Source: an uncultured Spirochaetales bacterium
GTDB taxonomy: Bacteria; Spirochaetota; Spirochaetia; JABMQR01
Assembly: GCA_964433385.1 (NCBI GenBank)
Contig: CAYSRK010000298.1
Location: forward strand, 1-24,267
Length of the DNA stretch: 24,267 nucleotides
Direction: 5' to 3'
A model generated the notes under the pieces. The model was not told the origin of the DNA, searched no databases, and saw only the letters and a program-made list of their open reading frames with translations. Shown here one piece after another: positions 15,754 through 23,082 of this stretch. How positions within the stretch are numbered: the stretch's first letter is position 1; the number at the start of each line of letters is the position of its first letter. Position numbers and translations under genes: made by a program.

Positions 15754-16308
15754 GTGAAGAAGGGAAGAATCGAGTTTTCCATGGTTACCACCCGCGGCGG
15801 AGACCGGGGGGAGACGTCACTCTACAACGGTGAACGCCGCAGAAAGGATGATTTTATCTTTGAGGTGCTCGGAGACCTTGATGAACTGAACTCCGCGCTG
15901 GGTGTGGTTCGGGCGAAGACAGAACTGCCCGAGCTTCTTGCTGTGCAGAAGCAGCTGCTCGTCGTCGGCGGAGTTGTCGCAACCCCGAAGCAGAGCGCCG
16001 AGTATACGGGTATACCGCACCTGCGCCCCGAGGCGGTCGAAGAGCTGGAAAAACGGGAGCGCGAGCTGCTTGACCGGGCTGTACTGTCAAGTTCTTTTAT
16101 CTGTCCCGGTGAGACTGTCGTCTCCGCCGAGACGGATGTAGCCCGCACGGTTGCCCGTCGCTGTGAGCGGAGGGTCGTCACCCTCATCCGTGACTACGGC
16201 CGCAGCGACTTGATTGACGCGCAGCACTACCTGAATCGGCTTTCGGATTATCTGTTTATCCTCGCACGGGTCCTCGAACAGCAGGCTGACCTTGGCGGCG
16301 GGATCTGA
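15754..16308 (+). CDS. Cob(I)alamin adenosyltransferase, PduO type
   Basis: TTRGGDRGETSL...RRRKDD..FEVLGDLDELNSALG and ARTVARRCER...YLNRLSDYLFILAR. GTG start at 15754 after GGAG; ATG 15739 or ATG 15781 are alternatives. Confidence 0.92.
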   Translation: MKKGRIEFSMVTTRGGDRGETSLYNGERRRKDDFIFEVLGDLDELNSALGVVRAKTELPELLAVQKQLLVVGGVVATPKQSAEYTGIPHLRPEAVEELEKRERELLDRAVLSSSFICPGETVVSAETDVARTVARRCERRVVTLIRDYGRSDLIDAQHYLNRLSDYLFILARVLEQQADLGGGI

Positions 16309-16320
16309 GCGTGGTAGAAT
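16292..16320 (+). promoter_or_regulatory. Predicted deoC promoter, overlapping the end of the adenosyltransferase gene
   Basis: TTGGCG-N17-TAGAAT with an extended -10 (TGn). Confidence 0.55.
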
Positions 16321-16366
16321 AGATACGGGCTTCAACGGCTGAGCGCTGGAACCAGGGAGGAAGAAG

Positions 16367-17032
16367 ATGGAAAATAAAGCTGCTTACATTGATCACACCA
16401 TACTGAAGGCCGATGCCGTAAAAGAGCAGGTTCTGCAGGTATGTCGTGAGGCGAAGGAGTTCGGTTTTGCCGCGGTATGCGTGAATTCAGCCCGGGTTCC
16501 GCTCTGCGTCGAGGCTCTTGCCGGCTCATCGGTAAAAGTCTGCGCGGTGGTCGGTTTTCCCCTCGGGGCCATGCTGACCGAGGCCAAGGCGTTCGAGGCT
16601 CAGGCAGCCGTTGCTGCAGGCGCGCAGGAGATCGACATGGTCATTAATATCGGCGCTCTCAAGGACGGTGATGATGCCTGGGTGGAGGAGGATGTCAGGC
16701 AGGTGAAGATAGCCTGCGGCGACAGCCTGCTGAAGGTCATCATTGAGGCATGCCTGCTCACAGAAGAGGAGAAGGTACGTGCCTGCCGTCTGGCCAAGCG
16801 GGCGGGTGCCGATTTTGTCAAAACCTCCACCGGGTTTTCCCTCCATGGAGCCACCCCCGAAGATGTCGCCCTCATGCGCTGTACGGTGGGTGATGATATG
16901 GGAGTGAAGGCCGCCGGCGGTATCCGCACCCTCGCCGATGCCGAAATCATGATTCGTGCCGGCGCGAACCGGCTGGGAACCAGCGGCGGGGTCGCCATAA
17001 TGAAAGGCGAACCGTTTGAAACGAGCTACTGA
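16367..17032 (+). CDS. deoC: Deoxyribose-phosphate aldolase
   Basis: [51 protein letters not shown]; RBS GGAGG. Confidence 0.97.
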   Translation: MENKAAYIDHTILKADAVKEQVLQVCREAKEFGFAAVCVNSARVPLCVEALAGSSVKVCAVVGFPLGAMLTEAKAFEAQAAVAAGAQEIDMVINIGALKDGDDAWVEEDVRQVKIACGDSLLKVIIEACLLTEEEKVRACRLAKRAGADFVKTSTGFSLHGATPEDVALMRCTVGDDMGVKAAGGIRTLADAEIMIRAGANRLGTSGGVAIMKGEPFETSY

Positions 17033-19032
17033 GCGGTCTGCTTTTCTGCGGCGGGTCCGCTGAGCAAAGCGAGGACCTTGCGTATCTTTACCGGGCGGCG
17101 GTCAAAGTCCCTGCGGCGACAGACCTGCTCGCATGCTCCGCTGCATCGGCTGCAGGGAAGGTCCTGCTCGGCCGGCCGATCCTCCTTCTGACGGTATCCG
17201 ACGATGTCTCGGTCGAGCTGCCGTTGTGCCCCGAGCACGTTACCGGCCTCAAGCCGCCGCATGATCCCCCTGATATCAAGTTCTGCCGGGCATACGGCGG
17301 TGCAGGGGGCATCCTCACACCAGAGACACCGCGATGCCCGATCATGCAGGAGAATCTTCTCTGACTCCTCCTCCCCGATTGCGTTGCGTGCGGGGATGAT
17401 CCGTCCACTGCTGTCCGAGCGCAGCGGAGGTCCGGTTACCTGGTAGAGGGTGACCCGGTCTTCTGCATGCACCCGGTGGCGGTACTCCTCCAGGCCGCGG
17501 GTTCTGAGGACCATGTTCGCGGCGCTGATGCCGGAGATGGTTACGGCCGGGCTTCCCGTACCCATTACCGTGCTCTCTCCGCAGATAAACAGGCTGTCCC
17601 ACCGGGTTGAGGCATGCTGGCGCCTGAGCAGGTCCTGGCCCATCTGCTGCTTGGGACCGGCCACGCAGCCATGCTCCTTGAGCGTATAGCGCTCTATCGT
17701 GGTCGGCGTCGCCAGGGTGGAGTACCGCAGGCCTGTTCTGAACCCGGGAAAATGGGATTCGAGAATCGAGAGCAGACGCTCGGTTTCCCGTTCCTTGGCT
17801 GCAGCGTAGGCAGGACTGCGGTACTGCGGGTCATCCGGAGAGGGCCAGCTGTCCAGCTGAGGCCCGATAGCCGTTACCAGGTGCTCTCCGCGGGGACAGA
17901 TGGAAGGATCGGCGAGGGAGAAGATGTACGCAGTAACCTCCTTCTCGTCTATCTTCTCCGGGTTGTCGGCAAACATCTCGATCGGCAGGGTGCCCTCCGG
18001 GATAACCGTCTCATCGACAGCGGCGTAGATGACGACGCTCGGATAGGTCATGGCCAGGGCTTCGATACGCTCAAGCTCCCCGGGACTGCGGTGCTCCTCG
18101 GGTATAAGCCGGGTGTGCAGCTGTCTGAGGGTCCCGCCGTATATGATCTGATCCGCCGATATCTGGACGAGGGCATCCGGTTCTCCCCACGGCGTGTGCT
18201 TCCGGGCGAGGACTCCGGCAGGCTTGCCCTGGGAGAAGATCAGTTCAAGCGCCCGCGTACTGTAGAGTACACTTCCGCCCCGGCGCTCCAGTGCCTTCTC
18301 GAGTTTGCCGGGAAGCTGCTGGGTTCCCCCCGCCGGGTAATAGCTGCCGCCGTAGTGGTTGTCCATGAACATCGTAACGGCAAGGATCGCCGGGGTTTCA
18401 TCCATGGTGGTGTAGCAGTAGGTGGAGGTGAGCTTGCTGAAGAACCGGGCGACCTCCTCTGACCTGACGAACCGGCGCAGCAGGTCACCGGCACTCTTTT
18501 CAAAGAGCCTGAGGAGCTTGAGATTACGTACAGGGTGGCGCAGAAAGAGTTTTCTTCCCTCCGCAGCCGGGATCTCGGAAGGGGCGGTGCAGATCGGTTC
18601 GGCAGTGATCACGTTGAGGTAGAGGTCCTCCATATAGCGGTAGAAGGCCCTGATGCCCCTGATATCGCGGGGGAACAGCTGCTCAAGCTGTTCCATGAAC
18701 AGATCAATATCGGTACAGAAGGTGATCGGATGTCCGTCGTAGATGACCCGGTAGAGGTGTTCATGCTTGATGATGTCGATCGGTTCATCAAGCTCGTTCA
18801 TGACGAACCGGTGGGGGTTGAATCCTCTCGATCCGAAACCGTAGAGCATGGCGGTTCCCTGGTCAAAGGTCCTGTCCTGCCGTCGGAACGCTCCGCAGGA
18901 GCCTCCAGGCTGGAAGTGCTGCTCGATCACGGTTACCCGCAGTCCCCGCTTGGCCAGCAGGGCAGCGGCTGTAAGTCCCCCGAGACCCGAGCCGATGACT
19001 GCTATGTCTGTCTGAATAGATTCTTTTTCCAT
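17026..19032 (-). CDS. Phytoene desaturase (CrtI/CrtISO-like) FAD oxidoreductase fused to a C-terminal DPD/GltD-type 2x[4Fe-4S] domain
   Basis: VIGSGLGGL...[11 protein letters not shown]...FDQG; [26 protein letters not shown]; then [18 protein letters not shown]...[14 protein letters not shown]. Start at ATG 19032 after AGGAG. Confidence 0.82.
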   Translation of the reverse strand: MEKESIQTDIAVIGSGLGGLTAAALLAKRGLRVTVIEQHFQPGGSCGAFRRQDRTFDQGTAMLYGFGSRGFNPHRFVMNELDEPIDIIKHEHLYRVIYDGHPITFCTDIDLFMEQLEQLFPRDIRGIRAFYRYMEDLYLNVITAEPICTAPSEIPAAEGRKLFLRHPVRNLKLLRLFEKSAGDLLRRFVRSEEVARFFSKLTSTYCYTTMDETPAILAVTMFMDNHYGGSYYPAGGTQQLPGKLEKALERRGGSVLYSTRALELIFSQGKPAGVLARKHTPWGEPDALVQISADQIIYGGTLRQLHTRLIPEEHRSPGELERIEALAMTYPSVVIYAAVDETVIPEGTLPIEMFADNPEKIDEKEVTAYIFSLADPSICPRGEHLVTAIGPQLDSWPSPDDPQYRSPAYAAAKERETERLLSILESHFPGFRTGLRYSTLATPTTIERYTLKEHGCVAGPKQQMGQDLLRRQHASTRWDSLFICGESTVMGTGSPAVTISGISAANMVLRTRGLEEYRHRVHAEDRVTLYQVTGPPLRSDSSGRIIPARNAIGEEESEKILLHDRASRCLWCEDAPCTAVCPAELDIRGIMRRLEAGNVLGAQRQLDRDIVGYRQKEDRPAEQDLPCSRCSGACEQVCRRRDFDRRPVKIRKVLALLSGPAAEKQTAQ

Positions 19033-19145
19033 GCTCTGCTCCTGCGCACGACATCCGGCTTTACTCAGAGTAAGCATGCCGAAGGAGAGCAGAAAAATCA
19101 ATCGCGGCTGCAGCCGGACCGGTGGGGATTTTCACGCGCCCTTGA

Positions 19146-19174
19146 TAGCCAACCGGCGGCAAATGGGGTATGAT
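19146..19174 (+). promoter_or_regulatory. Predicted tdk-pdp promoter (possibly a leaderless transcript)
   Basis: TAGCCA-N17-TATGAT; the ATG lies only 8 nt after the -10 and no SD is present. Confidence 0.45.
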
Positions 19175-19182
19175 GATCTATT

Positions 19183-20334
19183 ATGGCCTACACTGAGACA
19201 GATGCGCAGACAAGCAGTTTCCTCAAGAGCCTCGGGTTTCCGACGGTCCAGGTTCATGAGGCGTTTACCCACTTTGATTTTTCCCGTCCCTCAAGGCGGG
19301 TTCTGGTTATCGGGCCGATGGGTTCAGGCAAGACCGAGTACTCGGCCAGGGTGTGGCGGGATGCGCAGGTAGCCCTCTCGAAGAGCGAAAAGATCAGGCA
19401 GCAGACTTCATCGGGGAGGGTGGATCGGCGGAAAGTCTTTTTCATCAGAACCCTGCTCGATGATGTCCGTTTTCCCGACTATCCCGAGGATGCTCTGGCC
19501 TACCGGGGCGGGTACGTGTGCTGCGGGGAGAATATTGCGCGCATCAGGGACTCCTTCGCCCTCGAACAGGCGCTTGAGGAGTTTCCCGACATCGGGACCT
19601 GGATAATCGATGAAGCTTCGTTCTACGATGAGCGGCTGGCCTATGTGGTGCGCAACGACAGTCTTGAGCGGGGTACCCTCTATATCTTTCCGACGCTGAT
19701 TCTCAACTTCCGCAAGGATATCTTCAACTCCACCGCCCGGCTCATGCTCGATATTGCGACCGACGTCATCCCGCTGACCGCCTACTGCGAGCATCCAGAC
19801 TGTCTGGAGAACTCCTTCTACACCTACCGCTACTACTCAGTGGGGGGCAGGGAGTGCCCTGCACTCTTCTTTGATCCGCTGATCATAGTTGGCGGGGACC
19901 GAAAGAAGGAGGATCCCCTGCAGCCCAACTACTGCTCCCGCTGTGATGAGCACCATTACCTGCCGGGGAAAGAGTACACCTACTTCACCCTCAAGCCGCT
20001 GGGAGAGCAGGCGGCTTCAGGGAATTACGGACCGCTGAAGCAGGAGCTCAACAGCCTGAAACGTACGATGGAGCAGTCTCTGCTCTATGCGCATATGGAG
20101 AGGAAGTACCAGGACGATACCGACGGTGAGGTGAACATGAATGCGCTTCTGCCGGCCTGCATCGCAGAGAAGGCTCTCATCTACCTCTTCTGCGAGCAGA
20201 ATTTGATCCCGGAAGAACTCCTTCTGAAACTTGTCAACGAACTGTCGCTTGACCGGGATTACATGAGAAGAACCCTGCTGGACAACCGGCGCACAGTCAA
20301 CCTGGACCAGCCGCTGCTTGAGGGGCTGTACTGA
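19183..20334 (+). CDS. tdk: Thymidine kinase, long spirochaete type
   Basis: Walker A GPMGSGKTE; Walker B WIIDEASF; LILNFRKDIFNST; Zn-lasso AYCEHPDC...YCSRCDEHH; ~100-aa C-terminal extension. Confidence 0.88.
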   Translation: MAYTETDAQTSSFLKSLGFPTVQVHEAFTHFDFSRPSRRVLVIGPMGSGKTEYSARVWRDAQVALSKSEKIRQQTSSGRVDRRKVFFIRTLLDDVRFPDYPEDALAYRGGYVCCGENIARIRDSFALEQALEEFPDIGTWIIDEASFYDERLAYVVRNDSLERGTLYIFPTLILNFRKDIFNSTARLMLDIATDVIPLTAYCEHPDCLENSFYTYRYYSVGGRECPALFFDPLIIVGGDRKKEDPLQPNYCSRCDEHHYLPGKEYTYFTLKPLGEQAASGNYGPLKQELNSLKRTMEQSLLYAHMERKYQDDTDGEVNMNALLPACIAEKALIYLFCEQNLIPEELLLKLVNELSLDRDYMRRTLLDNRRTVNLDQPLLEGLY

Positions 20335-20387
20335 CGGCAGCAGGCTGTGATTATCCCCACGGAGAACGTTCGAAAGGAGGATGTACT

Positions 20388-21698
20388 ATGAGAATTCCCG
20401 ACATCATCTACAAAAAGCAGCACGGGCAGGCTCTCTCAACCGAGGAAATTGCCTACTTCATCAGAGGGTATACCGACGGCAGCGTTGGTGATGACCAGGC
20501 CGCCGCTCTCTGCATGGCGATCTGGTTCAACGGGATGGACTACCGGGAGACGGCGGACCTGACCCAGGCTATGGCTGATTCGGGCGATACCGTCGACCTT
20601 TCGGGGATAGACGGCATCAAGGTCGATAAGCACAGCTCAGGGGGGGTAGCTGATACGACGACGATAGCTGTTGCCCCGCTTGTTGCCGCCTGCGGCGGGC
20701 TGCTGGCGAAGATGTCCGGCCGCGGGCTCGGTCACAGCGGTGGAACCCTCGATAAGCTGGAATCGATTCCGGGCTACAATGTGAATCAGGAGATGGAGGA
20801 TTTCATCAGGATCGTCAACACGTGCGGCGCCTCAATTATCGGCCAGACGGGTTCCCTCGCTCCGGCCGATAAGAAGCTCTACTCCCTGCGGGATGTAACC
20901 TCCACGGTGGATGCGATGCCGCTGATCGCTTCGAGCATTATGAGCAAGAAGCTCGCCTCCGGAGGCGACCGCATCCTTCTGGACGTCAAGTGGGGCAACG
21001 GGGCGTTCATGCCGACCGTGTCACAGGCGGAGGAGCTTGCCCGCATTATGGTGGAGATCGGCCGGCATGCGGGAAGGCCGACGAAGGCCATGATAACCGA
21101 CATGAATCAGCCGCTCGGAAACGCTGTCGGCAATGCGTTGGAGGTTGAGGAGGCAGTCCGGATCCTGCGCGGCGAGCTGAAGGGGGATCTGCGTGATCTC
21201 ATTGCGGCGCTCTCGGTGGAGATTCTGGTGATGGGCGAGATCTACGGAACAGCGGAAGAGGCCCGGCTGCGGGTGGATCAGGCCCTGCTTGACGGTTCAG
21301 CCCTGCGCAAGCTGCAGCAGATGATTGAACTGCACGGAGGAAACCCCGCTGTCTGCGATGATCTCGACCTTCTTCCCAAGGCCCAAAACCGGGTAACCGT
21401 CCGCAGCGGCCGGTCGGGGTATATCACGGGAATGGAGGCTGACCGCATAGGGCTGGCGACGGTCATGCTTGGAGCAGGAAGGGAAAAGAAAACCGACCCC
21501 ATAGATCCTGCCGTCGGGCTCTGGCTGAACAAACGCATCGGTGACCCGGTGGAGACCGGAGAACCGCTGGCTGAGTTCTACATCAATGATACCCGCAGCA
21601 GGGATGAGGCGCTCGCTCTCTTTCTCAGCGCGGTCCACATCGGAGATGAACAGCCTGCGGCGCAGCCGCTGATCGTAAAGGTTGTGGAAATGGTTTGA
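20388..21698 (+). CDS. pdp: Pyrimidine-nucleoside (thymidine) phosphorylase
   Basis: VDKHSSGGVAD, KMSGRGLGHSGGTLDKLESIPG, LASSIMSKK-type motif IASSIMSKKLA, ITDMNQPLG; RBS AAGGAGG. Confidence 0.96.
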   Translation: MRIPDIIYKKQHGQALSTEEIAYFIRGYTDGSVGDDQAAALCMAIWFNGMDYRETADLTQAMADSGDTVDLSGIDGIKVDKHSSGGVADTTTIAVAPLVAACGGLLAKMSGRGLGHSGGTLDKLESIPGYNVNQEMEDFIRIVNTCGASIIGQTGSLAPADKKLYSLRDVTSTVDAMPLIASSIMSKKLASGGDRILLDVKWGNGAFMPTVSQAEELARIMVEIGRHAGRPTKAMITDMNQPLGNAVGNALEVEEAVRILRGELKGDLRDLIAALSVEILVMGEIYGTAEEARLRVDQALLDGSALRKLQQMIELHGGNPAVCDDLDLLPKAQNRVTVRSGRSGYITGMEADRIGLATVMLGAGREKKTDPIDPAVGLWLNKRIGDPVETGEPLAEFYINDTRSRDEALALFLSAVHIGDEQPAAQPLIVKVVEMV

Positions 21699-21723
21699 CA
21701 GGGTGTATCGCGAAAGATACAAT
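21695..21723 (+). promoter_or_regulatory. Near-consensus sigma70 promoter of the BMP gene; the -35 overlaps the pdp stop codon
   Basis: TTGACA-N17-TACAAT; contains the inverted repeat TGTATC-N6-GATACA at 21704-21721. Confidence 0.8.
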
Positions 21724-21755
21724 GGATTGTGAAAATTAACCAAGGAGGATATCCA

Positions 21756-22826
21756 ATGAAGAAGCTTGTTGGAGTTCTATGTGTTCTCTCTCTGGCAGCA
21801 GGTCTGCTGTTTGCGGGCGCGGAGGCTGATGATGCCGCGAAAATGAAGGTTGGAATGGTGACCGATGCCGGCACCATCGACGATAAATCGTTCAATCAGG
21901 GAACCTGGGAGGGGGTTCTGATGGCCGCTGAGGATTTTGATCTTGAGACGAAGTATCTCAAGCCGAGCGGAACAACCGAGGCTGACTACCTGCAGGAAAT
22001 CGGCAACCTCTACGATGCGGGATTTACCTTTATGGTAACCCCGGGATTCAAGTTTGAGACCTCAATTTTCCAGGCTCAGACGAAGTATCCTGATGCAAAG
22101 TTCGTCCTTCTCGACGGATACCCGCACAGCGGAGATTATAACCCGGTAGTTAACGACAACACGGTCTCGATCTTTTTCGCTGAGCACGAGTCCGGTTTTC
22201 TTGCCGGTCTCGCAGCTGCGCTGCAGCTGAAAACCGGCGATTTCGGGTTTGTCGGCGGTATGGAAATTCCGGCGGTGCAGAAGTTCAACTGGGGTTTCCA
22301 GCAGGGCGTGCGCTATGCCAACGAAAACTACGACACAAGCATCACCATGAAGCCGCAGAATGTAATTTATCAAGGAACCTTTGACGATGTGGCTGCCGGC
22401 CAGCAGATTGCGGCTTCCATGTACGACCGCGGGGTGAAGGCTATTTTTGCCGCAGCCGGAGGGGTCGGCGTAGGCGTCATAAGCGAGGCCAAGTCCAGAG
22501 CGGCGACCGGCAAGGAAGTCTGGGTTGTCGGAGTTGATGTTGACCAGTACCCTGAAGGAATCTACAGCGGGGACAAGTCGATCATCCTTACCTCGGCGAT
22601 GAAGAAGATTGATCTGGCGGCGTACGACATGATCAAGGCCGAGCTGGACGGAAATTTCCCCGGGGGAGAGATTCTGACCCTTGATGCGACCAACGACGGT
22701 ATCGGCATTCCGGCTGAGAACCCCAACCTTGACGATGCGGTTGAGGCCAAGGTGGCTGAGACCTTCGCCAAACTGAAGGCGGGTTCACTTACTGTATCCG
22801 ATGAGCGGGGCGACCTGATCAAGTAG
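21756..22826 (+). CDS. BMP family (PnrA/TmpC-like) ABC substrate-binding protein, probably nucleoside-binding
   Basis: Signal peptide MKKLVGVLCVLSLAAGLLFAG; VTDAGTIDDKSFNQGTWEG; FAEHESGFLAG; AAAGGVG; VGVDVDQ; TSAMKKID. ATG 21756 follows AAGGAGG. Confidence 0.93.
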   Translation: MKKLVGVLCVLSLAAGLLFAGAEADDAAKMKVGMVTDAGTIDDKSFNQGTWEGVLMAAEDFDLETKYLKPSGTTEADYLQEIGNLYDAGFTFMVTPGFKFETSIFQAQTKYPDAKFVLLDGYPHSGDYNPVVNDNTVSIFFAEHESGFLAGLAAALQLKTGDFGFVGGMEIPAVQKFNWGFQQGVRYANENYDTSITMKPQNVIYQGTFDDVAAGQQIAASMYDRGVKAIFAAAGGVGVGVISEAKSRAATGKEVWVVGVDVDQYPEGIYSGDKSIILTSAMKKIDLAAYDMIKAELDGNFPGGEILTLDATNDGIGIPAENPNLDDAVEAKVAETFAKLKAGSLTVSDERGDLIK

Positions 22827-22863
22827 CTGCTGTTCTGTACATGCAGATATCCTGATTTAGTGA

Positions 22864-22900
22864 AGCCGGGCTGTACCTGCTGCAGCCCGGCTGTTTATTT
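22864..22900 (+). terminator. Intrinsic terminator after the BMP gene
   Basis: AGCCGGGCTG-TACCTGCTG-CAGCCCGGCT followed by GTTTATTT. Confidence 0.75.
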
Positions 22901-22932
22901 CCCTGAGAAGCCTCTTCCTGTCTCTGACCGTA

Positions 22933-22960
22933 TTGCCAAAAATTACCGGTGTGCTATAAT
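22933..22960 (+). promoter_or_regulatory. Predicted promoter of the kamA-like gene
   Basis: TTGCCA-N16-TATAAT with an extended -10 (TGC-TATAAT). Confidence 0.72.
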
Positions 22961-23082
22961 GCAGCCCGGTTACAGATGTATGCGGTCCGAACAGGAAGCT
23001 GCAGCTGAATACGGCAGCGGGACATGTGCCCCTGCCCGGTGTTCCGAAGACCCGGAATCAGCAGTTCCGGCAGGAGACGCCA

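Noticed and set aside
17026-19032. Carotenoid biosynthesis gene crtI
   Set aside because: There are no crtB or crtE neighbours and it carries an extra Fe-S domain, so a family call is supported but the pathway is not.
22961-23082. Known riboswitch (lysine, SAM-I, c-di-AMP) in the kamA leader
   Set aside because: Only short partial matches (GCTGAAT, GGGAC..GCCC, CAGC..TTCCGG) are present. Core conserved elements and the expected length are missing.
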